Part shown: positions 35,954 through 48,780 of the stretch, piece after piece
How positions within the stretch are numbered: the first letter of the stretch is position 1
Layout of the letters: the number at the start of each line of letters is the position of its first letter
DNA from: Chrysemys picta bellii
Taxonomy: Eukaryota
NCBI RefSeq assembly: GCF_011386835.1
Contig: NC_088799.1
Span: 51,460,001-51,524,000 of the forward strand
Direction: 5' to 3'
DNA length: 64,000 nt
Made by a program: the position numbers and the translations under genes
Notes under the pieces: generated by a model
Database searches by the model: none
What the model saw: the letters and a program-made list of their open reading frames with translations, nothing else
What the model was told of the DNA's origin: nothing

Positions 35954-37249
35954 GACATGCAGAGATGTTATATCCATTTCAACAAGATAATAATATTCAG
36001 CAGATTATGAGTTTTCAAATGATACTGCACAAGGCATACTTTGTACAATATATATCATAACCATATAACAGAGGGTGCACATGGGGGAAAGAGTGTCACA
36101 ACAAACATATAGCTTCTTTTGCTATTTTGTCCTTTTCCTGAATAAATAAGAATTTAGCAATAGTTGTTTTCTTGGATTTAATGGCAGTTGAGTGTTTATG
36201 TTTATCTAATTTCATTTCAGTTGTCATATAACACACTGTCGGGCATAGTGCTTTGCTCTCCTATTTTTTTTCTATAAGCCATCTATAGCTGCATTCTGGA
36301 CTGTAAACATCACTCATCTCTGAACTGTGAAGGTCCACTTCATTTTCTTCTTCTGGGAAGTCAAATTCAAATTTTTTAGCTTCACATTCACTTGAGCATC
36401 CCACCATCTCTTATGCAGAAGGTCTACAGAGTTTAACAGAGAATGATAACCTTCCTATAAAATTCCAGTTTAATTCACTATTAAATTCTATAGGGCTTAG
36501 CATACTTTCTATAGAACCCTGTTTAATTTCTACAAAATCCTATTGGCTTTGTTTCTATTAAACTGTATAGGACTTTTCCACAAAGAGATGGTTCCAATTT
36601 TCTTTGTCAAGGACCCTAGAGCAAGGTCTCAGAGCTTGTCTGAGTCAACATTATTCCTTGCAATCCCTGGATGCTAGAATCATTTTCTAGGACCATAGGC
36701 AGTTGATTTTAACTTAGAGCCACCCTGAGGCAGCTCTAAATTATGCTTGGAGCACTCCAGGATTAGGGAGCCACAAAGCTAATAGAAAACCCCCTCCCAC
36801 CACCCTTTTGGTGCTACCCCAACCACAGCTCAGCCAGGCCAGAGAATCTAGAGCCCTGTCTCTAGAGAAGCAAGTGTGACACATTAGGGTTTGGCACAGA
36901 TGTAGTGGTGATCAGTGAACATTAGGAGTGGTTATCAGAAAATATGTCCCCATTCAAAGAGCTACACAATTGAGACCCTCTGCACTGAGTCCATCCTCCC
37001 CCTGAGAGAGTCAGAGCTCATAGAATTCTATCAGCCATGCCTCCTGTTTATAAAGGGTCAGTGACTGAGCCAAGGACCAGAAATAAAACTGTTACTTAGG
37101 TGACCAATCTGAAATTGCAAACAACGCATACCATCCCTGAGACCATTTGTGAATAATCCATGGTGTTTGTTTTGACTGTTTGCCAAACAGCTTTGAATAC
37201 TGTTATACATTTCAAAAATCAGACTTGCTTCATGAAGGCTTCACAAACT

Positions 37250-38050
37250 GGCAAAAGCCAAATTATTTTATACACCTCTATCATGGTTCCTCTTATTCAT
37301 ATCCTCTCTAAATTAAATAGCCTTATAGCTGCGATCTTTTTAATCTCTCTTCACATGGAAGCCTTTCTGTGCCTGTAATAATTTCCTTTGCCCTTCTCTA
37401 GACCTTTTCAATCTCTGCATTCTGAGATGGGTTGACCAGAACTGAACACATTATTCCAGGTGAAGGAGTATCATGCAGTTATACAATGCCATTATAATAT
37501 TTGCAGTATTATTATTCTGTCTCTTTCTGAATGCAACCTAACATCTTGGTTCCTTGGATTGTTGCTGCACATTGAGCAGAGGTGAAGATTTTAAAAAAAT
37601 GACTAGCAATTTTTTGTTGTCTCAATTTTTAGGTGCCCAGATTGAGACACCCAAATGGGGCCTGATTTTCATGATGTGCTAATTATCAACTCTGTGAAAA
37701 CCAGGTCCCTTTAGGATGACTCAAGTTGGACATGCAAAAACAGAGGTATTCCAAATCACTAACTGCTTTTGAAAAGCTTGGCCCTTGGGGCCTTTTTCCT
37801 CAGTTGCTGCCATTAATTTGGAACCCATCAATATCTTTTAGTATTCAAATTGCTCCTTCCAATGAGGGTTGCATTTGACTTCATTGAATTTCACCTGTCA
37901 TTGTTCTGTCCACTTGCCCAAGTTTGTCAGATCCTTCTGAAGTTGCTTGCCAGTCTTCACTGCCCCAAATAATTCTGTGCCATCTGCAGATCTTCTCATT
38001 GCCTCTTACAGATCATTCATAAATACATAATACCCCCAAGCATAGCTTTT
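37250..38050 (-). mobile_element. Old CR1/L3 fragment interrupted by a palindromic MITE-like repeat (~37590-37790)
   Basis: GACCAGAACTGAACACATTATTCCAG (reverse of LEYCVQFWS) and GCCATCTGCAGA (decayed FADD) recognisable. Confidence 0.6.
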
Positions 38051-38352
38051 TGTAATATGAAGAGGGGAAAAGGTCAGATGGTCCAAGAAGTCCACTAGGA
38101 ACTTTGCTGCTGGCGACCTGTTCTACTTTGAAGGCACTTAGATATGATGGTAATAGACAGACTAAAAAGACCAGTAGGTCTCAAAGTGAGTTATAAGAGT
38201 TTCTGAAGTGGAAGCAGAAGCAAAAGAAGAGCTCAGCACTTGTCAGTTTTTTCCCCACAGGCGGTGAAATTCTGGTCCCATTGAAGTGAATGGGAGTTTT
38301 GCCGTTGATTTCAATGGGGCTAGGATTTCAACCCTGGAATTTATAACCTTCC

Positions 38353-39076
38353 TGTCATGGGGTTTACTCACTGTTGAGGTGCCTCCTTGTGGCTGCATCT
38401 GGGGATTTGCTCCTTTCAAATCTGACCCCCCCCCATTCCCTTCCAAAGGTTGCCCACAGCAACCCCTCCTTGCTCTGTAGGACTTGCGGTGCTCCCTCTC
38501 CATGACTCAGCCCTCCTGCCAGGGCACTGTACAGTCCTCCTCTTCTAGGTATCAAAGTCCCACTGGATCCGCTGTCTTCATGCCATCCAGACAGTCTCCC
38601 ACTGCAAGTTGGTAGGGGAACCTGGCCCTGCCCACTACTCCATGTTCCAGCCCAGAGACCCTATGTCCAGCAGCTCCAGTCTGCTTGCTCCCAGACCCTG
38701 TCACTATTTCCCTGGACTCCTTCCTACTCACCTTCTCTGTCTTCTGCCCCCTCCCACCCTGAGTTCATTGGCCCAAACTCCCTCCTCCTAGGGAGTAACT
38801 GTAGCCTACGTCCCCTCTTTGACTTCTTACCAGGCTCTGTAGCCATAAACAAACCTGACTTCCCCCCCCACAAGGGACTGACTGCAGACTACTTCCCCTG
38901 TCACCCCCTTCTGTTCTCAGTTTTATCCCTTTATACAGGCCCAACCTGCTCCTTCCCAGCCGAACTTCATCTTCCATTTGGCTTTATTACTCCCTGGTTC
39001 TCCTCCAGGTGCAGTCTAATAGGTTATTGACTAAGTGAACCTACTGTGCCAGATGTGGGGTGGACACCCCATCACA
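38353..39076 (-). mobile_element. Solo LTR, 724 bp (related to 35293-35953)
   Basis: Termini TGTCATGGGG / CCCCATCACA (9/10 inverted); GGTGCCTCCTTGTGGCTG...GGATTTGCTC resembles the reverse of 35953-35890; TATAAA on the - strand at 38935-38930. TSD is not preserved. Confidence 0.7.
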
Positions 39077-39824
39077 CCCCTTTTAAAGCATGGTTGAATT
39101 TAACATGAATACTAGGGACAGGCGCCATATTGAAAGCAATGGAAGCTTAAGTGCAGAACATGTCCAGTTAGGGAGAGACAATGCAGCATCTCTTGTATCA
39201 CACCACTGATGGGCCTACACCCTAAGTCAGAGGGGGCACCACCAAAAGTGAAAGCTACTATATACCCTGGAATGCTGTGTTTTCTTTCTATAACTAACCC
39301 GTGGGCAGCAGTACTACACCTAAGAAGTAACTTGGTTAAATAGAGACTAAGGCAGAGAGATGCATGCACAAATGAAGGTTACTCCCTGTAACTGGAGTTC
39401 TTTGAGATGGACTCTACCCATTCCAACTCTTGGGATGCCCTGATGGTTCACTCTGGTCCAGTGGAACCTTCTAGTAGCAGTGCTTGTTGGAGCACTCTTG
39501 CAACCTCTCCCCTTCTCTTACTGGCATAACAAGATCCCAGAGCGCCCTGGTGCAAGAACAGGTCACGGCCCTCCAACATACCCAACCACCTCCCAATATC
39601 CTCCATTCCCCCCCCACAACTCATCCCACTGCCTCCCAGCATCCCCCACTTGTCCCCAAGCCCTCACCCCACTGCCCTCAGCATCCCACATTCCTCCACA
39701 GCCCCAACAACTCATTGATGTCAATGGGAGTTAGGCACCAAACCTGCTTAGGTGCTTTTGAAAATCCCGCTAAATGCCTCTGCATCTTTAGGCATCTAAA
39801 TACATTCAAAATTTGGCCTTAAGA

Positions 39825-40770
39825 CAGTAGGTGAGGTACAATAAACTGGGCAAATGGATGTACCTTGTATTGGTAATGATCTCCCTCAATAAGCCATAGG
39901 TTTTTTTTTGTGGAGGCCTGATTGAGATGTGAAAATACATGTCCTGTAAATGGAGATTTGAAATCAGTCATTGCTAGATAAGGAAGGGGTGACTGAAGCT
40001 AGGGAAACCACGCAGAAGCTGAACTTTCATGTGACAGAGATGAGCTTCCAAAGGTCTAAAATGGATTGGAGACCTCCATCTTTCTTTGGGATAAGAAAGT
40101 ACCTGGTATAAAATCCCTTGGACTGAAACTCTTTGGGAACTTACTCTTCTGGCACTTAACTCTAGTAGCGAGAAAATGTCTGATCTTAACAAGGTCTCAT
40201 AGACTTTACGGTCAGAAGGGACCCTCATGATCATCTAGTCTGACCGCCTGCACATTGCAAACTATAGAACCTCACCCACCCACTCCTGTGACAGACCCCT
40301 AACCTCTGGCTGAGTTACTGAAGTCCTCACATCATGGCTTAAAGACTTTAGAGTTATAGAAAATCCACCATTTACAGTAGTTTAAACCTGCAAGTGACCT
40401 GTGCTGTTGAGGAAGGCAAAACAAACAAACAAACAAACAAACAAACAAACAAACAAACAAACAAAAACCCACCTCAGGGTCTCTGCCAATCAGACTGGGG
40501 GTAAAATTCCTTCCTGACCCCAAATATGGTGATAAGTTAGACCCTGAGCATTTGGGCAAGACCCTCCAGCCAGACACCTGGGAAAGAATTCTCTGAGGTA
40601 ACTCATGAGAAGAATCCTTAACGAGGGATGGGGAAAGGATGTTGAGTGGAGAAATACGGTTGAATTGAATGGAACAACCTTGCTGAACGGTCTCCAAGAA
40701 CAGCTGATCTTTGATTATAGTAATACAGGTATCCAAGAAGTGGGAGAGATGGTTTCCAAAAGAAGGAGAG
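39825..40770 (-). pseudogene. DIRS ORF2 (RT N-terminal half), disrupted
   Basis: Manual translation: GNHLSHFLDT..QQGCSIQF..SPSLVKDSSHE | TLLRSDI..VPKEFQSKGFYTRYFLIPKKDGGLQSILDL..YFHISIRP..HYQYKVHPF. Stops and frameshifts present; split by the CR1 at 40196-40606. Confidence 0.85.
40196..40606 (-). mobile_element. CR1 (PsCR1-type) 3' UTR inserted in the DIRS RT
   Basis: Same 3' UTR as 3222-3600; 5-bp duplication CTCAT (40196-40200 / 40602-40606); contains (CAAA)n at ~40418-40465. Confidence 0.9.
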
Positions 40771-40779
40771 GCAGCAAAT

Positions 40780-43181
40780 AGATTCAGAACTGGTCGAGGG
40801 TTCTCAGGTGTCCCATCAAACCTGAGGCTAAGGGGCCAGTGCAGAGGAAGATGATGCAGCAGGTTTCCCTTTTAGCTTCAGGTCTGTATCTCTGCTGATG
40901 GTGAACAGGGGCCTATTGCTAGTATTTCTTCTTTTGAAATTAATAGGAAGCATGGGCCATGAACAGCTGTCTCTGGTAACAAAATGTTGGTAGCCCAAAT
41001 CTCTCCCTAGAGCACTGAAAAGAGATTGCCACAGACCTAGTATCTTTTAATGTCTCTACAATCTCATCTGTCCTAGAGCTAACTGGCTGCTCACCGTCAA
41101 ATGTGTGACTGTCTACCAGGGTTCTTGTTTCCGGAGGCAGCCTACAGGAACGTAATCATGAATGGTGCCTTAAAGTAAATACAGATGCTGCAGCTCTAGA
41201 TGCTTCATCGGAAATGTTGAAGGATGCTCTCACAGTGTGCTTAGCAACTAACTGACCTTTGATAATCAGAGCTTTGGCCTGCTCTCTCTAGTCTTCTGGC
41301 AGTGACTGGGCAAACAGTGCTGTTTTCTCCCATAGATAGTAGTAATATATCTGGACATTGCTGCCTGATTGGTCACCACTCTAATGCCCAATGTGTCTCT
41401 ATTTGACAGAATAGTGTGGAGTTGATCCCATTTTGATCTTTGAACAGCAGCTGCCACCACCAATGAATTCAGAGCTAGGTGGCTCTGGTAGACCAAGAAA
41501 CCCTCAGGAGGCCCATCCAAGACATTGTTTTTCCCAAGTATTTTTTTGCTGGCTGTAATAATCAGACTAGAACTGGCAGGGTGATCTTACCACTAGAGGG
41601 TGAACCCAGAGTATCAAAAACTGGGCGTGTAGGTTCCTCTAAGGTTACCAAAGGGGTGTTTAAAGTTATCACCATCCTTTCTACGATTTCATGAAATTGG
41701 AACAGGAGAAGGTTAATGCACCCGCATTGTCTTCCAAAGCCACTTGAACAGCCGTATGATAGGCCCATCTAGTTTGACAGGCCCATCTAGTTCTTCAGAC
41801 AGTGTGTCTGGGACAAGTAAAGGAGATTTTTCCCTCAGTACCAGCAAGAGCCATAGATCTGGCCAGGATATTTCCCTTGAACCCCTTTGGGAGAAGGATC
41901 CCTTTTCAGGTCTCTCTCTTCAGCCTTTTAAATTCAGGGTGATGTGTAGGGGAAGGCCAACATGGCCAATTGCCCATGGTGGTACCACCTAGTCCTAGTC
42001 CAGGAGTTGGTAGGGAATTACCTATTGCAATATTTGGGAGAGGAAGGAGGAGTTCAGTGGCTGAGAGGCTGGAAGTCTCTATAGCACTCTCTAGGTTCCC
42101 TGATCCAGTCCCTGGGAGGAGAAGGACAAGGAAAGGTATCAGGCTGGTCATGGCCTAATACTGGATCCAAGTGTGAATCCGAGGCCCTTTCCTAGGTTTC
42201 CAATGGTGACAACAATGGCTTGAATAACCCCAAAGACAAAAGGGGTGAGATACATTTCACTGAAGACCCAGTAGGGGTCCTAGAGGGAGGTTCATGTATC
42301 TCTGGGGAGCTTTCCATTGTGTTTTTCCCCCTTTCCCACACAAGGAGAAGAAGGAACCAGCCTCACCATCTTATGCTTCTTTCCTTTCTCTTTAAGCACC
42401 AAAGATACTATACCTAGTATTGCACAAGGGGCCCCCTGATTTGAAGGCAGATCCGAATGAGGATGTACCAGGGTTGAATGGAATATGCAGTATACCTAAC
42501 CCACAATGGTGACCCTGGATTCAGTAGGAACCAATGGCTCTGAGGAAGTGTCAGATGCCTTAGCAGGCTTAGAGCGAGGTTGCAAGCCTGGACCTCAGAT
42601 CTGGGACTGAGTGTGGATCTGTAATACAGTGTTGGCCCTCAACATCACCCTTTGCTGTGGTTGTGACTTATGAGGCAAGAGCGTTGGGGGTTTGCTTTTG
42701 CACTTCAGCCATGGAGTTTAAGTCCCGGATCTTTGGGGTATACTCTTGAGGACTGGTTCTATCAGCAGAGGCCCACGACTGTGAGCCCAAGCATTTCTGC
42801 TTGGTGAGAGCCCATCTTTGCAGATTTATAGAGACCAGCACCTTCCAGTCAAGGAAGCGGACACCTACACTGGGACTTTGCCAAGCTATTTAACCCCTTT
42901 GGGGGTCTGAGCTGAGACACGTCTCCCAGCACTTGCAAATTCCTGCCTTTTGGAAATGGAAGGTTTAGCTGATAATGCTTTTTGGAATAGCACAGCTTGG
43001 AGGCAATTCTGATGCTCTTTTCAAGCCCTGGGGTGACAATGTTGAATATGGAGCAGTGAGAAAGTGAATGACTTTCCCCCAAGCAGGCCAGACAATGCAC
43101 ACATGCATCCAAAGCAGGAAAAATGACAGAGCAAGAGACATGCCTCTTAAACCCTTGTTTCTTTGTCTCTGGCTTTGACAT
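40780..43181 (-). pseudogene. DIRS ORF1 (gag-like), disrupted
   Basis: N-terminal Cys/His motif GFKRHVSC...CVHCLACLGESH...HC (42849-43181); fragments SSGKITLP and SHLALNSLVVAAA resemble vertebrate DIRS ORF1. Confidence 0.75.
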
Positions 43182-43497
43182 AGCAGAACCAAGGACCTGA
43201 ACATCATGATGGAATATCCTCAGTCAAAGCACACAGAACGGACTAGTTCAAGTTAATTAAAAGACAGCGGCACTGGGAAAGTTCCTTGCCAGTGAACCTG
43301 AGTCTAAGGACCTGGTGAGGTCCATCTGCACTCCTCAGCAGGGGAGAGGGCAGGAGTGCAAGAGTGCTTCCATGGGTACTGTTAGTTAAAGGCTCCACTG
43401 GCCCAGGCTGCACTGGTGACACATCCTGAGAATGGGAATGTGCAGAGGTCATCTTGAAGAACAAACATTACTAGTGAAATGCTCAGCTCCAAAAGAA

Positions 43498-44645
43498 GTC
43501 ACAGAACTGTAGGGCTGGAAAGGACCTCAGGAGGTCATCTAGTCCAGCTCCCTGCACAGAGGCAGGATTAAGTATAACTAGACCAGGGGTAGGTGCAACC
43601 TATGGCACGCGTGCCGAAGGCGGCATGCAAGCTGATTTTCAGTGGCACTCACACTGCCCGGGTCCTGGCCACAGGTCCGGGGAGCTCTGCATTTTAATTT
43701 AATTTTAAATGAAGCTACTTAAACATTTTTAAAACCTTATTTACTTTACATACAACAATAGTTTAGTTATATATTATAGATTTATAGAAAGAGACCTAAA
43801 AATGTTAAAATGTATTACTGGCACACGGAACCTTAAATTAGAGTGAATAAATGAAGACTCGGCACACCACTTCTGAAAGGTTGCCGATACCTGAACTAGA
43901 CCATCCCTGACAAGTGTTTGTCTAACTTGTTCTTAAAAACCTCTAGTAATGGGGATTACACAACCTACCTACATTACCTGTTTCAGTGCTTAGCTATCCT
44001 TATAGCTAGAAAGCTTTTCCTAATATCCTGCCAAAATCTCCCTTGCTGCACACTAAGCCAATTTCTTCTTGTCCTCCCCTCGGTGAACAATTGATCACCA
44101 TCCTCTTTATAACAATGTTTTACATATTTGAAGACTGTTATCACCCCCTCCCCCCAGTCTTCTCTTCTCTAGACTAAACATGTCCAATTATTTTCTCTTG
44201 TTTTCTAATCCTCTTATCATTTTTGTTGCTCTCCTCTGGACTCTCTCCAATTTGTTCACATTTTTTTTTAAAGTGTGGTGACCAAAACTGGACACAATAG
44301 TCCAGCTGAGACCTCACCAGTGTCAAGTAGAGTGAAACAATTACCTCCTGCATCTTACATATAACACTCCCATTAATACATCCCAGAATGACATTTGCCT
44401 TTTCTGTAACAGCATCATATTCTTGACTCATTCAATTTGTGATATATTATAATCCCTACATCCCTTTCTGCACTACCACTGCCTAGCCAGTTATTCCCCA
44501 TTTTGAATTTGTGCATTTGATTTTTCCTTCCTAACTGTAGTACTTTGTACTTGTCTTTAATAAATTTCAATGTATTGATTTCAGACCAGTTCTCCAATTT
44601 ATCAAGATCATTTTGAATTCTAATTCTGTTCTCCACACTGCTTCC
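43498..44645 (-). mobile_element. 5'-truncated CR1 LINE
   Basis: ORFs 44174-44431 (LVRSQLDYCVQFWSPHFKK) and 44415-44702 (RIRIQNDLDKLENW); 3' UTR at 43498-43583. Confidence 0.92.
43584..43893. mobile_element. hAT-Charlie-like MITE, 310 bp, inserted in the CR1 3' UTR
   Basis: Perfect 8-bp TSD AACTAGAC (43576-43583 / 43894-43901) fitting the NNCTAGNN preference; termini CAGGGGTAGG / GTTGCCGATACCTG. Confidence 0.92.
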
Positions 44646-45559
44646 TAGAAGTGTGTCACTGCTGACAATAAGCATTTCTCCAAGATCTAACAACTCATAC
44701 ATTCAGTTAAGCATAATTTCTAAGACTATCTGTAAGAGCACTATCTGGTGACTGCCTGTAATACTAACGGAAGATTAGTTTGTGTATTGATTCATTCCTT
44801 AAGGTCTTTGATCAGATTGCTAACAACAGCACCAATTAATGCCATCTGCATTGGTCTTTTTTGTAGTGAAATATGTCCACTGGGAACTAGACTGAAATGA
44901 GCAATGCAAAAGGGTCCCCAAAAGGCCATTAAATATTAAAGTCTCTTGATCACTGGTAATTTGGGGAGGACCTGATGAACCAGATACTAAGAAGTTAAGG
45001 ATTCCTTATCTTAAAACAAATTTTCACTTGTGTAAACTGATTTCAAATGAATTACTCTAGTTTTATTGCAGTGTAATCCAGAGCAAAAATCATCCAATCA
45101 TCTGAGCAATCCATGTCCCCACACAGTGCTGTCATATAAAATGGTAATCCAAGGAAGTCCAAGCTTTGTAGTGGACTTGTACATTTTGAGAAGTTTTAAA
45201 AATCTATTACTATTTTCCTTTGGGTACTGAAAATGGGAACTTAACATCAAAACCATAGTTACTAAAAAGTTATAACATGGGTAATGCCAAGCTCCTAGGA
45301 TCACACTTTCAAAGTGCAACATATGTTTTCCCATCAACACACATCCACAAGCATGCACATGCAGCCACTGTCATACATGCACTCACACATGCACACAAAT
45401 CTCAAAAAGCAATTTTTCCTTACCATCAAGAAAGTTCCTTTTTCCACTTAAATGCTTTTCTGATTCATTTTACTTTATTTTATTTTCTTATTTATTTCTC
45501 TGCTGTATCCTTTTCAATCTGGAAAGTGACTTGGCCTCTTTTCTCCCATCTATTTTCCT

Positions 45560-45747
45560 NNNNNNNNNNNNNNNNNNNNNNNNNNNNNNNNNNNNNNNNN
45601 NNNNNNNNNNNNNNNNNNNNNNNNNNNNNNNNNNNNNNNNNNNNNNNNNNNNNNNNNNNNNNNNNNNNNNNNNNNNNNNNNNNNNNNNNNNNNNNNNNNN
45701 NNNNNNNNNNNNNNNNNNNNNNNNNNNNNNNNNNNNNNNNNNNNNNN
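45560..45747. other. Assembly gap (188 N)
   Basis: N run. Confidence 0.99.
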
Positions 45748-46249
45748 GGGAAATGTAATTCAGTGCCGGAGCTGGGACCAGAGTACCATGGACTCTCCGA
45801 CCTGCACTGGCAGATTCCAATATGATACAGACCTTCACAGATAATGAGAGCCACTTCATCTCACAGCAGGAAAAAAGTTATCTGATATCTTTGAGGGTTA
45901 AAAGGCTATGTGGGCAGCATTTTTAATAGCCCTCTAAATCAGCATCTTAAAGATACCTCTGCTTCCCCCCCCAACTTCCTGTCCCTCACCCACTGCCAAA
46001 CTCCACTCTTGTGATGGCCATCAACTCCTCCATCCAGACCTGGTGGACTACATGCACTTGGGAAAGAGTCTTCCCCAGGTACTTAGCTGCAGAACTACCT
46101 GCAGGAGTTGGTTCAGAGAGTACCTGAGCCTCTCCTGATAAGTGAGGAATAGATAATGTGGCCTGCTGTGGGGCAGATTTTCAATGAGAGCTTAAAACCT
46201 GAGGGCCTGTTTGCTTTGTGTAGAGATCATAGATCCCGTGGTCCTTATC

Positions 46250-46710
46250 ACAGAACATTGAAATTGCCATGCTGGATCAGACCAGACCATCCAGTATCCT
46301 GTATCCAACAATGAATAGCCAAGGCCAGCTACTTCAGAGGAAGTTTCAGGACCTACCCCCAGGGAACATTTCCTCCTAACTCTCAATAGTTTGAGGTTGG
46401 CTTGTGCTTTAATGTATGAGGGCTTATATCCCTTTCAAAACTCCATTTTTTTTAAATAATCCTTACTATTATAAACTTTGGGTCTTTTTGTTATCCATGT
46501 AAATATTCAATCCTTGTTTGAATCCTACTAAGCTGTTGGCCTCAATTACATCTAGTGGCAGTGAGTTTCACAGGGTAATTGTGCCTTGTGTGGAAAAAAA
46601 AACACTTCCTTTTTATCAGCTTTAAATTAACCACTTTTCAATTTGATTGGATGCCCTCTTGTTCCTGTATTATGAAAAAGGGTGAGTGGAATTGCCCAAT
46701 CAAGTTTCAT
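46250..46710 (-). mobile_element. Old CR1 3' end
   Basis: AGAACATTGAAATTGCCATGCTGGATCAGACC...GCAGTGAGTTTCACAGG. Confidence 0.7.
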
Positions 46711-46748
46711 TAAAGCATTCATTCTTTTGTATATTGTACTATTTCATT

Positions 46749-47184
46749 TAGTGATGGGTGTAAAAACTTCAGCAGAACTGTTTTCCATCAGAAAATGCAG
46801 TTCCACTGAAATCAAAACACTTTGCAAAATTGTGTTGCTTTTGCAGGAATTTTATTTCGGACAAAAACCTGGAAAAAAGTTCCGACATTATTGAAATGTC
46901 CCGTTTTTGACATTTTTGGAATGGATTTTGTTTTGTTCTGAAATTACTTTGTTTTGAACTTTTTAAATTCTGTATTTTATTATATATACTATAGCATTTT
47001 AGAAAGTCAAAATAAAAATGAAGCGTTTCAATCTTGTCAAAACAGAATGTTTTGATTGATCCAAGACTATTTTTTTTCAGAGAATTTTGAAATGTTCAGG
47101 TTTCATTCTGATTTGGAATGAAGCCAAATTTTCAAATCTCAAAATCCTTTGTGAAATGGAATTTCTGTCCCCTGCACAGCTCAA
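46749..47184. mobile_element. AT-rich hAT-like element
   Basis: TAGTGATGGGTGTAAAAA ... GCACAGCTCAA termini; internal TTTTCCATCAGAAAATGCAGTT shared with the 11034 copy. Confidence 0.5.
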
Positions 47185-48090
47185 ATTTCATTATTAGACG
47201 AGAGACTTTCCTTAGGGGCCTTGGCCAAAATTCTCCCTTTTTGCTGCACCATACTGAGAGTCAGTAGTCCATCTTGGTATCCCCTTCACCCTAGAGAAGT
47301 GATGCATTTTAGTGGAGTGATGCTGTGTATATATTTTGCAAAGTTCAATTGGATCTTCCAGGATGCAAAAACTGGGGTAGGTGGGCTGATTACAGTCTCA
47401 AAGAGAAAGTCCCAATGAGAAGATTTTTTTCAGGTACTTCTCAAAATTCTTGTTTAAATAGGATCTACTTTAAATTTTTATTATACGTATAAAAATGACT
47501 TATATGTTAGTTTAAGTTTGTATCTTTCTTATTGAACCTCTAGTTTAGCATTTAGTGTATTTGTTCTCTAGTGTGCTTTAACATAGAATTGTTTCAAACA
47601 GCACTTTTAGTGCACACAAGCAAGGTCTACATGGATCATTTAATGAACAACACATTAGTGTGCTTTTGGAATCATACCCCAGTAGTCTACATTACTGCTC
47701 CATGTAGATAAATCCTTAGATACAAGCCGGGGGCAGAGAGATCACATATATAAACAAATTGCACTTGGACAGGGGTGAAGTTAACGTCAGTTGAGAAACC
47801 ATTTCTTGTGTTTATTGGATAAACGCCAATTTCATTTTTTTAATCAGGGTGTTTTATTGGTGTTTATCAGTTGAAATCTGAAAACAGAACCCATAGCTGT
47901 ATAATAGACAAGATGGAGTTTAATATTTTACAAGCTTCTTATTATTACAGGTTTTGATTTGTTTATAAAACAAGTTTGCATTTTGTAAGCACTCCCCACA
48001 CACACAAAAATTAAACCTATGTTTATTCTCATGAAGGTGAAACTAAAACAGGCAGACAAACTTAAAGGAATTCCCGTGCTTTGGAAAGTA

Positions 48091-48474
48091 TAGTAGAACC
48101 TCAGAGTTATGAGCAGCTCAGGAATGTAGGTTGTTTGTAACTCTGAAATGTTCGTAATGCTGAACACAATAATATGGTTGTTCTTTTAAAAGTTTACAAC
48201 TGAACTTTGACTGTTTTCAAACTACTATGCAGAAGAAAAATGCTGCTTTTAACCATCTTAATTTAAATGAAACAAGCACACGATGTTTTCTTACCTTGTC
48301 AAAAAATGTTTAAACTTTCCCCCTTTTTTTTAGTAGTTTACATTTAACACAGTACTGTATTTGCTTTTTTTTTTTGGTCTCTGCTGCCTGATTGTGTACT
48401 TCCGGTTCCAAATGAGGTGTGCGGTTGACTGGTCAGTTCGTAACTCTGGTGTTCATAACTCTGAGGTTCTACTG
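48091..48474. mobile_element. Tc1/mariner (Tigger/pogo-like) MITE, 384 bp
   Basis: TIRs TAGTAGAACCTCAGAGTTATGA / TCATAACTCTGAGGTTCTACTG (21/22); TA on the left flank, TT on the right. Confidence 0.88.
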
Positions 48475-48619
48475 TTCTGAAATATGCCGTTGTTTACTGC
48501 TTGCTCCTTTGTCCTGGAACATAACTAACACTAACCAAGGAGTGATTGTTTTACAGAAAAGGGCCTACAGAGTCAACAAAGCACTTTAAACACAAGCTTA
48601 ACTTTCCAGTGACTTGGCA

Positions 48620-48780
48620 GAGCTGGGTTCAAGTCTCTGTTTGACCACAGACTTCCTGTGTGAGCTGAAGTGGGTCACGTGACCGCTCTGTGCCCTAGTT
48701 TCCCACCTATGAAACGGAACAATAGCACTGCCCTGCCTCACAGGGGTGCTGTCAGGATAAATACCTTAAAGATTGCAAGG
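48620..48780. mobile_element. MIR/CORE-type SINE remnant
   Basis: CTGGGTTCAAGTC...CTCTGTGCCCTAGTTTCCCACCTATGAAAC...CTCACAGGGGTGCTGTCAGGATAAAT. Confidence 0.7.

Larger units (their letters stand above)
34420..36100. mobile_element. Old LTR remnant fragmented by three later insertions
   Basis: Pieces ~34420-34607 (ACACACTGGTTTAGATAAAAC...), 35077-35106, 35261-35292 and 35959-36100 (TTATGAGTTTTCAAATGATAC...GTGTCACA) resemble a turtle LTR from recall; ends in CA. Confidence 0.45.
39374..43462 (-). mobile_element. DIRS1-type (tyrosine-recombinase class) retrotransposon, internally deleted, with both ITRs
   Basis: Inverted repeats 39397-39513 and 43341-43462; terminal extension GAAGGTTACTCCCTGTAACTGGA at 39374-39396; gag-like and RT remnants on the - strand. 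RNase H, MT, YR and ICR regions were not found. Confidence 0.85.

Noticed and set aside
39225-39241. CTCF-like GTCAGAGGGGGCACC
   Set aside because: The 5' half of the motif matches poorly.
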